NCBI GenBank assembly: GCA_023489235.1
Contig: JAMDDE010000001.1
Coordinates: 14,072-78,071, forward strand
Reading direction: 5' to 3'
Length of the DNA: 64,000 nt
From: Actinomycetota bacterium
GTDB taxonomy: Bacteria; Actinomycetota; Acidimicrobiia; Acidimicrobiales; JAMDDE01
In this document: piece by piece, positions 57,203 to 64,000 of the stretch
Layout of the letters: each line of letters begins with the position of its first letter
Position numbering within the stretch: position 1 is the first letter of the stretch
Program-made: the position numbers and the translations under genes
Notes under the pieces: model-generated
What the model was told of the DNA's origin: nothing
The model's input: only the letters and a program-made list of their open reading frames with translations
The model's database searches: none

Positions 57203-57631
57203 TTACTCAGCGAAACCATTTGGTTGCAAAGAGTCCGAGAGATCTGAAAGTATCGACACAGCCTTTTCCACAGCATGACGTGCGCGAGTGACCTTTTTCT
57301 CGAACAGCACCATCGGATCCTTGCCTGGTGCAATAGCCCTTCCTCTCATCATAAAAGAGGTTTTTCTTTCCATCATGGAAGGAGTTTGTTCGAATGAGGG
57401 TAGGCGACCTTGTTCTTCTTCGTTGTCTTGCTCCTCTCCGCTGGCTGATATGATCTTTTCGCTCTCGTCAATGGCATCATCGCTGTCATGCAAGCGGCTC
57501 CGTGCACTGGTTCTAGAACTCCGAGATATAGCTTCCTCGAGTAACTCTATGGCAATACCGGCAAGTTCGTCTGCCAATCGTTCGAGGTCATCTCTTATCT
57601 GCTCAATTCGTTCGATTCTTTGTTCACCCAT
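57203..57631 (-). CDS. Acidic hypothetical protein (142 aa)
   Basis: The ORF overlaps the glcF stop by 8 nt. Predicted helical N-terminus and an acidic low-complexity centre. I recognise no family. Confidence 0.45.
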   Translation of the reverse strand: MGEQRIERIEQIRDDLERLADELAGIAIELLEEAISRSSRTSARSRLHDSDDAIDESEKIISASGEEQDNEEEQGRLPSFEQTPSMMERKTSFMMRGRAIAPGKDPMVLFEKKVTRARHAVEKAVSILSDLSDSLQPNGFAE

Positions 57632-58949
57632 TGAGGGTCATGTCCACGATCTCGATCGGATGACGTACATCAATCCCCGCTGCCTTCAAGTGCATGATGC
57701 ACCCAGGATTAGCACTGGCCACCAGGGTAGCTCCACTGCGTTGTATCGATGCCAGTTTGAGCGATCGAATGGCCTGTGCCATTCGAGGATGTTCGGCCAT
57801 GTAAGCGCCGCCAGCACCACAACACATGCCATCGTCGTCGAGCTCGACCAGATCCGCATATCTGCTGAGAACAGCTCTTACGCTCATATGGGATTGCTGG
57901 ACATTTCGTAGATGACATGGGTCTTGAACAGCTATTACTTTTTCCATACGCCTCCTCGGCTCTGGCAGTTCATCAATTCGTTGCTCGAGCCATTCATGGA
58001 TGTCTTGGACCCGTGCAGAGAAACGGTGTGCTTCGGGAGTCCCCAACAACCTGCCATACTCCTTCATTGCTGCTCCACAACCAGCGGAGTTAACCACTAC
58101 AGGTGCGGTCCCTGGCATTGAATCCATGGTTCTTCTCGCTAGCTCCACAGCATGATCCTTCAACCCTCGGTGAAGATGCAAGGCCCCACAGCAAGCCCCC
58201 TCGGATTCCGACAGAGTGACCCCTGCCCCAGTTGCTTGCATCACTCGTAGCGTTGACTGATGGATCTCTCTCATCCAGGCATCCATGACACAACCAGTGA
58301 ACAGCCACGCATCACTTCCGCTTGATCGAAGCGGTTCGCGATGAATAGGCAGGTCGTCCGGGATGAACCCCTCCGTAAGTTGCTTGGGCAAAAGATGGAG
58401 TCGTTGTGCTAGGGCAATACCAGTCGAGGCTCCTAATAACAACCTATGATGAGCAAGCACAGCTAGCCCAAGTTTCTCCATCCGACCAACAGAACCAGGC
58501 ATCCCCTTGCCAACAGGCATTACTCCCTTCGGTTGAGTTGCCAACGAATAGCGCACCTGCTCCATTAGGCTTCCAAAAGGCACGGAAGATGGACATGCTC
58601 GTTCGCAAGCTCTGCACTGTACGCACGTCTCCATATCTGCAACGAATTCAGTAAAGAATTCGAGTTCGTCCTCATCCTTGGAGGACAATTCTCGTGAGAC
58701 CGACCCCTGTGAAGCCGTTTTCTGCGAAGGAGACTCCTGTGGGACCGATCTCTGTTGTGAAAATCGTGATTCAGCCATCCTCATTGCTGCTATCCGACCT
58801 CTTGGAGAAGCACTTTCCTCGCCAGTCACTCGATACGTCGGACAGAAAGGTAGGCATAATCCGCAACCTACACAGGCAGAAAGCTCTTCGTCGTTTATGA
58901 CCAAGGATTGAATCATCCTGCAGATGCCTTTCTTGCTGACTCGTTGCAT
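57624..58949 (-). CDS. glcF: Glycolate oxidase iron-sulfur subunit GlcF-like (Fe-S) oxidoreductase
   Basis: Two ferredoxin-type motifs (CVGCGLCLPFCP, CVQCRACERACP) and two C-terminal CCG-type cysteine-rich regions. It follows glcD and glcE. Confidence 0.85.
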   Translation of the reverse strand: MQRVSKKGICRMIQSLVINDEELSACVGCGLCLPFCPTYRVTGEESASPRGRIAAMRMAESRFSQQRSVPQESPSQKTASQGSVSRELSSKDEDELEFFTEFVADMETCVQCRACERACPSSVPFGSLMEQVRYSLATQPKGVMPVGKGMPGSVGRMEKLGLAVLAHHRLLLGASTGIALAQRLHLLPKQLTEGFIPDDLPIHREPLRSSGSDAWLFTGCVMDAWMREIHQSTLRVMQATGAGVTLSESEGACCGALHLHRGLKDHAVELARRTMDSMPGTAPVVVNSAGCGAAMKEYGRLLGTPEAHRFSARVQDIHEWLEQRIDELPEPRRRMEKVIAVQDPCHLRNVQQSHMSVRAVLSRYADLVELDDDGMCCGAGGAYMAEHPRMAQAIRSLKLASIQRSGATLVASANPGCIMHLKAAGIDVRHPIEIVDMTLNG

Positions 58950-58974
58950 CCCTTATTCACAAAACGCCCCCTGT

Positions 58975-60027
58975 TCACAGAAGGCTCCTACCCGGATTAA
59001 GTCTGCCCATAGGGTCAAAGAAATCTTTGAGTCGCTTGTGCACTGCCAAGGTAGGGGTAGGTAAGGATGCTCCTAGAGTTGGTTCGGCGGTTGAAGTGGT
59101 TCTCATCGTATCTGAGCCGCCATCCTGTAGGGCCGGGTCAACAATCGATCCTGGAGGAAGAGGTGATAAGGCCATACCGGGTGGAGTCGACTGCACATTT
59201 GAATCCAGGTGGACCAAACCCACTCCTATCTCGGCTACATAAGAGGATGGGGCAAGAGAAGTTGCATACTGTTTTATAGCTGAAGGTCGCAAGGAAACTC
59301 TTTTCCCTTTGGGAAGGTGTGGTGGGGCATCGACCTCCTCGAAGTGCTCCCTCAAACAGGCCAACTCTGCCTGTACCTCTCTCCCGCTACCCTCTAATAG
59401 CACCCAAGTCTTGATCCCATCCCACAATATGCTAGAGGGACGGAATAGTTGTTTGCGTATCTCGAATGGATTACCTTCGGTGACGATCCATTTGGCCACA
59501 CGAGGCCTTGGTTGGGTGCGAAGTACTACTTCAGCTAGGCACCCAAGAGTGCCCAGCGACCCGACGAATACTTTGGGTAGATCGAATCCACTGACATTCT
59601 TCACAACTGGAGCCCCACCTTTGATCAGCTTCCCTGCAGCATTAACGTAACGGATCTCCAATACGAGATCGCGAATAGGTCCCCACCGTAATCTCCGTAT
59701 GCTGCTCCACCCAACAGAAAGGGCACCGCCAATGGTAGGGCTACCCTGCTGATCCACATCGACAGGAATCATCTGCCCCTTCTCTTCCAGGGCAATGATC
59801 AGTTCCCGTAACGGCGTACCTGCCCTTACTCTTACCATCATCTCATCAGGAAGAACTTGCACTATACCAGAGGGAGCCCTGACCTCCCTGGCAGATGGGT
59901 CAGGTAATCCTCCTACCTCCCAGTGTGTACGACCTCCTACAATACAGACAGGACCCTCAGGTCCAACCTCTTCGGCAAATAGCTCCAGCTCAGAACGAGA
60001 CACCGACCCAGATTCCTTCATGCCCAA
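58975..60027 (-). CDS. glcE: Glycolate oxidase FAD-binding subunit GlcE-like
   Basis: FAD-binding PCMH-type domain, 350 aa, with a 10-nt overlap with glcD. Confidence 0.8.
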   Translation of the reverse strand: MGMKESGSVSRSELELFAEEVGPEGPVCIVGGRTHWEVGGLPDPSAREVRAPSGIVQVLPDEMMVRVRAGTPLRELIIALEEKGQMIPVDVDQQGSPTIGGALSVGWSSIRRLRWGPIRDLVLEIRYVNAAGKLIKGGAPVVKNVSGFDLPKVFVGSLGTLGCLAEVVLRTQPRPRVAKWIVTEGNPFEIRKQLFRPSSILWDGIKTWVLLEGSGREVQAELACLREHFEEVDAPPHLPKGKRVSLRPSAIKQYATSLAPSSYVAEIGVGLVHLDSNVQSTPPGMALSPLPPGSIVDPALQDGGSDTMRTTSTAEPTLGASLPTPTLAVHKRLKDFFDPMGRLNPGRSLL

Positions 60028-61481
60028 GCTTTACCTGCCCTTGCCAACAATTGCGCCACCTCGCTGCAGCGTGATCCCTCCGGCAGGACCTTATGAGGGT
60101 TCATGATGCGTTCTGGGTCGAACACCAAACGGAGTCGGTCCTGTTCAACTAGATCGTCATCCCCGAACAACACTCCCATGAGGTCACGCTTCTCCAAACC
60201 TATGCCATGCTCACCCGAGAGAGCACCACCGTTGGCTACACATAGCTGGGCAATCTTGTTCCCAGCCTCATGCACTCTCTCGTTTTGGTCTTGGTCACGA
60301 CCATCATAAGGAATGATGGGGTGCAAGTTGCCGTCTCCGGCATGAGCAACATTGACTACAGTCACATCGAAGCTATCAGCAATATCGCACACGCTGCGCA
60401 AAGTTTCAGTCAGTCGTGTACGGGGCACCACCCCGTCATGAAGATAATAGTTCGGAGCTATTCTTGCCAAAGCACCAAACGCCGACTTCCTGGCTTTCCA
60501 CCAAATTGCACGGGTCGCCTCATCCTGAGCTATCTGACTCGAGATGGCACTCTCGTCGTGTGCTATCTCTGCTACAACTCGAGCTGCTTCCTCGACCGCT
60601 GCTTCAGTACCGTCAACCTCCACCAGCAAGATGGCAGCAGCATCAACGGGTAAGCCAGCGTGAACGAATTCCTCGACCGCCTCGGTGATGCGCTGATCCA
60701 TGAGTTCCATTGCTGCAGGAACATATCCAGTAGCGATAATTCTCGAAACCGTGTTGGCTGCACTGTCAAGAGTAGGAAATCCTAACAGTACGGTCTTCAC
60801 GGCAGGGGGTAATGGAGTCAACCTCACTGCAATTCGGGTAGCTATACCCATAGTCCCCTCGCTCCCGACGAACGCAGCTCGCAGATCATAGCCGACTGGT
60901 TCTGGATCAAGACCACCTAGAACCAATACCGAACCATCTGGGGCCACTACTTCTACGGCTAACACATGAGAACTGGTAACTCCATAGGAAAGACAGTGTG
61001 GGCCCCCGGAGTTGTTGGCTACGTTCCCTCCGATCGTACAAGCCTGCTGACTGGAGGGATCTGGGGCAAAGTGCAATCCAAGATGGGCAACCTTACGAGA
61101 GAGGTCCAAATTGAGCACTCCCGGCTGCACCCAAGCAATCCGTTCGTCCTCGTCTACCTCTATAACTCTGTTCATCTTGGTAGTTACTATGACAACTGGA
61201 GCAAGCCCTTCGTCAGGAACCGGAACTGCCCCACCAGAAAGTCCTGTGCCAGAACCACGAGGTATCACCGGATGACCGTACCTCCCAGCGATCCGGACGC
61301 ACTCCTGTACCTCTTCAGTAGTCAGCGGAAAGCAGACAACTCCCGCGCTCCCACCAGCACTTCCCAGTGCATCTCGCCCGTAGAGCACGTTCTCGATCGG
61401 AGTTGACCTGACCCTCGAGGGATCCAGAGCACTTTGCAGAGCACCTACGAGAGAAGCAAATCCGTCACTTGCTAGCTGCAT
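60018..61481 (-). CDS. glcD: FAD-linked oxidase, glycolate oxidase subunit GlcD-like
   Basis: 487 aa with an FAD-binding domain (PRGSGTGLSGGAVP) and a C-terminal FAD-oxidase domain (GEHGIGLEKR). Confidence 0.9.
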   Translation of the reverse strand: MQLASDGFASLVGALQSALDPSRVRSTPIENVLYGRDALGSAGGSAGVVCFPLTTEEVQECVRIAGRYGHPVIPRGSGTGLSGGAVPVPDEGLAPVVIVTTKMNRVIEVDEDERIAWVQPGVLNLDLSRKVAHLGLHFAPDPSSQQACTIGGNVANNSGGPHCLSYGVTSSHVLAVEVVAPDGSVLVLGGLDPEPVGYDLRAAFVGSEGTMGIATRIAVRLTPLPPAVKTVLLGFPTLDSAANTVSRIIATGYVPAAMELMDQRITEAVEEFVHAGLPVDAAAILLVEVDGTEAAVEEAARVVAEIAHDESAISSQIAQDEATRAIWWKARKSAFGALARIAPNYYLHDGVVPRTRLTETLRSVCDIADSFDVTVVNVAHAGDGNLHPIIPYDGRDQDQNERVHEAGNKIAQLCVANGGALSGEHGIGLEKRDLMGVLFGDDDLVEQDRLRLVFDPERIMNPHKVLPEGSRCSEVAQLLARAGKAWA

Positions 61482-61538
61482 GGTTAATTACCTGCATGAT
61501 AATCGCTCCTGTTTAGAGGAATCGACAGTTGACACCGT

Positions 61539-63182
61539 TCAGCCCTGTTGATTCACCTCATGTACCTTTATCTCACCCTCTGCATACTTGGCGCGCAATA
61601 CTTTCTTGTCAAACTTCCCTACGCTGGTCTTGGGAATGTCGTCCAGAAATGCCCAGCGTTCTGGCAGCCACCAATTAGCCACCTTGCCCTTCAAGTAGCT
61701 GGTCAACTCCTCAGGAGATGGTGATGCTCCGGCCACCGGAACTATACAAGCCAGTGGCCGCTCCTCCCACCGGCTATCAGGAACTGCCACAACAGCAGCC
61801 TCGAATACCTGAGGATGACCCATCAAGGCATTCTCTAGATCCACTGAAGATATCCACTCGCCACCAGACTTGATCACGTCCTTCGTACGGTCGGTTATCT
61901 GGAGGAAGCCCTTCTCGTCCAAGGTGCCAACATCACCAGTACGGAGCCAGCCATCATGAAAGCGTTCATCCGAAGGATCCTTGTAGTACGCACCGGTAAT
62001 CCAAGGGCCTCGCACTTCGATCTCTCCAACCGACTGACCGTCGGCAGGCAACACGCTGTCGTCCAATCCCACAATCCTGGCTTCTACTCCAGGGACTACC
62101 CTGCCTGCCTTCACCCGATAGGAGATTTCTTCTTCTGCTGGCGTACCCCTCGGAGGGATAGCCAGCGACGCTACGGGACTGGTCTCGGTCATCCCCCAGC
62201 CTTGTACGATAGGAACTCCGTATCGCTCCTCGAAACGCTCGATCAACGCTTGGGGAACTGCTGACCCTCCAGCCAACAACCCGCGGAGTGAAGATAGGTC
62301 GAGAGCATGATCCTCTCCGAAGCGAAGCAGGTCATTCCAGATGGTTGGTACACCAGCAGATATAGTGGGACGATCGTTGGCGATCATATCTGCAAGATGG
62401 GCAGCTTGCAGATATTGCTGAGGCATGAGCAGATCACATCCAACCATCCAAGCAGCGTATGGCACTCCCCAAGCATTGGCATGGAACATAGGGACAACGA
62501 TGAGGGCTTTGTCGGCCTCCGAGAGCCCGAGAAGAGCAGCCGAAGTAACTGCCAAAGAATGCAGGTAAGTGGAGCGATGACTATAAACCACCCCTTTGGG
62601 ATTACCGGTAGTACCAGTCGTATAACAAATAATTGCTCCAGCACGTTCATCGAGATCTGGCCAGCTGTAGCCAGTGCTCTCGTTAGCCAGCAGCTCTTCG
62701 TAGTTGATCGTGTCTCCTAGCGCTCCTGAGTTGTCGTCCCCGATAAGCACGATATGCTGTACTGTTTTCAGTTCGTTGACCACTTTGGCAAGGACAGGAG
62801 CCAAGGCGGCCTGTACCAGCAGCACTTTGTCTTCAGCATGATTGATTACATAAACAAGCTGATCAGCGAAGAGCCGTATGTTGATGGTATGGAGAACTGC
62901 TCCCATGCTTGGGATGCCCAAGTAGGCTTCCAAGTGCTCTTGGTTGTTGAAGCAAAAAGTTCCTACTCTATCGCCAAGCCCTACCCCCAACCGAGCAAGA
63001 CCAGCTGCCAACTGCTCTGCTCGGTCGCCTACCTCGCCGAAACTAGCTCGTCGCCTATTGCCAGGCTCGAAAGTCGTCACTTCACTGGTCGAGTAAATTG
63101 TCTTTCCTCGCCGCAAGATATCAGTGATTAACAAAGGTGCTTCCTGCATGGTGCTAACCATGGGCACAAGCCGTCCTGTCAT
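61539..63182 (-). CDS. AMP-dependent acyl-CoA synthetase (fatty-acid--CoA ligase family)
   Basis: AMP-binding motif [12 protein letters not shown] and C-terminal [10 protein letters not shown] chose the start at 63182 because AAGGAGGTGGGAGGT lies directly upstream; the track start is 63236. Confidence 0.88.
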   Translation of the reverse strand: MTGRLVPMVSTMQEAPLLITDILRRGKTIYSTSEVTTFEPGNRRRASFGEVGDRAEQLAAGLARLGVGLGDRVGTFCFNNQEHLEAYLGIPSMGAVLHTINIRLFADQLVYVINHAEDKVLLVQAALAPVLAKVVNELKTVQHIVLIGDDNSGALGDTINYEELLANESTGYSWPDLDERAGAIICYTTGTTGNPKGVVYSHRSTYLHSLAVTSAALLGLSEADKALIVVPMFHANAWGVPYAAWMVGCDLLMPQQYLQAAHLADMIANDRPTISAGVPTIWNDLLRFGEDHALDLSSLRGLLAGGSAVPQALIERFEERYGVPIVQGWGMTETSPVASLAIPPRGTPAEEEISYRVKAGRVVPGVEARIVGLDDSVLPADGQSVGEIEVRGPWITGAYYKDPSDERFHDGWLRTGDVGTLDEKGFLQITDRTKDVIKSGGEWISSVDLENALMGHPQVFEAAVVAVPDSRWEERPLACIVPVAGASPSPEELTSYLKGKVANWWLPERWAFLDDIPKTSVGKFDKKVLRAKYAEGEIKVHEVNQQG

Positions 63183-63436
63183 ACCTCCCACCTCCTTGAG
63201 CTCCCCCTGAATGATGAGCATATAGCTGGTAACCAATGTTAGCAGGGCATGGCTGCCCTCAGCGATACTACATAAGCATCACGAGCAAGCACATCGTAAA
63301 ACGGTTTCCGAGTAGGTGTCTGCTCGTTAATCAGAGGTTGGATGCATTCACACAAGCAAGCGCTTTCAAGATAGAGTGGCTCTCCCCTTGCACTCTCCCG
63401 ACCTGGAGACCGGGGCACTGCGCTGCTTTGTTGTTT

Positions 63437-63460
63437 GTTGGTAACTACTGTTGGTAACTA
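63437..63460. repeat. Tandem direct repeat gttggtaacta x2 (13-bp period) upstream of the lipoprotein gene
   Basis: Copies at 63437-63447 and 63450-63460, preceded by tttgttgtttgttg. Confidence 0.85.
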
Positions 63461-63522
63461 TAAACTATTTGTGCATTTTTCATGTATTTTGATTATATCT
63501 AAATGTACCTCATACAATATAA

Positions 63523-64000
63523 CATGATCAAAATAGCAATGGCTTTGTTGTTGGGAATTTGTTTATCCGTCCTCGTTGGTGCATGCAGTGTTCTACTGTT
63601 GCCCTCTATCGGTGGCCAGGGTGGAATTGGTGGGGACGGATCGGTTATGACGATCAATGCCGAGGCAATATCCGTAAAGATGTTGTCCCTGTATCATGCT
63701 GCGGCCAAGACCTGTCCAGGACTGAGTTGGAGCATCTTGGCCGCCATAGGGAGCATAGAGAGCGACAACGGTATGTCGAGCTTGCCAGGGGTCAACTCCG
63801 GCAGCAATTACATGGGGGCCGAGGGACCCATGCAGTTCGAACCTGCCACCTTCTTGGCCTATGCTACCGTTGGTCCAGGCGGTGCCGTGCCCCCAAACCC
63901 CTATAATCCCGTCGATGCCGTATACACAGCAGCAACCATGCTTTGTGCAAATGGGGCATCCAACCCGAGCGGTCTCGAGGCTGCTGTATACGACTATAAT
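63523..64000 (+). CDS. Lytic transglycosylase-domain lipoprotein, 3' end beyond the window
   Basis: Hand-translated frame with no stop before the window end, so it is absent from the ORF track. It reads MIKIAMALLLGICLSVLVGAC|S (lipobox) ... WSILAAIGSIESDNG ... GAEGPMQFEPATF, an SLT-like catalytic pattern. It replaces the track ORF 63559-63906, which is in another frame. Confidence 0.75.

Noticed and set aside
57288-57911. 207-aa plus-strand ORF spanning the acidic-protein gene and the glcF 3' end
   Set aside because: It is antisense to glcF, which has clear Fe-S and CCG motifs. It has no recognisable features and a Ser-rich, low-complexity composition.
63559-63906. 115-aa ORF from the track (MFIRPRWCMQCSTVALYRWPGWNWW...)
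   Set aside because: A different frame starting at 63523 encodes a coherent lipoprotein signal peptide and transglycosylase motifs and stays open to the window end. The track ORF is therefore the wrong frame.
1-64000. Search for CRISPR arrays, tRNA/rRNA genes, transposases, integrases, toxin-antitoxin pairs or known defence-system genes
   Set aside because: I found no regularly spaced repeat-spacer array, no tRNA-like cloverleaf or T-loop (GGTTCGAATCC-type) sequence in the intergenic regions I read, and no protein with transposase, integrase, nuclease or defence signatures. The helicase at 19951-22056 is in conserved helY-tatC synteny and reads as housekeeping.

Overview
The window reads as a chromosomal segment from an Actinomycetota-like genome. 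I infer this from the synteny helY-tatC-tatA/B ... pafA ... prcA-prcB-pup-dop-mpa, the tkt-tal-zwf-opcA-pgl operon, fused fbiC, a DUF4193 protein, and a MerR gene next to gcv. GC looks intermediate by eye, with no calculation done. Coding density is high and most genes are recognisable.

Gene order from left to right:
- kdpB (5' truncated), kdpC, kdpD and kdpE, with an AT-rich spacer between kdpC and kdpD.
- MerR regulator, then glycine cleavage genes gcvT, gcvPA and gcvPB.
- RDD protein and an HtrA protease.
- Several conserved hypotheticals, including a Nudix hydrolase and a DUF4193 protein.
- A tandem-domain ThyX-like protein.
- helY-like helicase, tatC and tatA/B.
- A complete Pup-proteasome set: pafA, prcA, prcB, pup, dop and mpa.
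- Ferredoxin, trmI and three small membrane proteins.
- A long plus-strand run: tkt, tal, gnd, zwf, opcA, pgl, fbiC, a LOG-family gene and a HAD-family gene.
- A LacI-controlled carbohydrate locus: isomerase, FGGY kinase, ABC importer, BNR/sialidase-fold protein, HpcH aldolase and aldo-keto reductase.
- glcDEF, an acyl-CoA synthetase, and a 3'-truncated lytic-transglycosylase lipoprotein that is missing from the ORF track.

I saw no rRNA, tRNA, CRISPR array, transposase, integrase or recognisable defence system. I cannot point to a convincing new multi-gene system.

The observations most worth a second look are:
- The fused tandem ThyX-like protein, whose two halves carry complementary degenerate motifs.
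- The uncharacterised sugar locus, which has an AT-rich block crossing gene boundaries.
- Two KdpF-like 29-aa peptides in an atypical position.
- Three cases where 18-25 nt of a gene terminus (prcA 3', trmI 5', tal 3') is duplicated 60-73 bp away.
- Several short tandem or dyad repeat arrays in intergenic regions.

All repeat and structure calls come from reading the sequence by eye. Homology calls rest on remembered family motifs, not on database searches.
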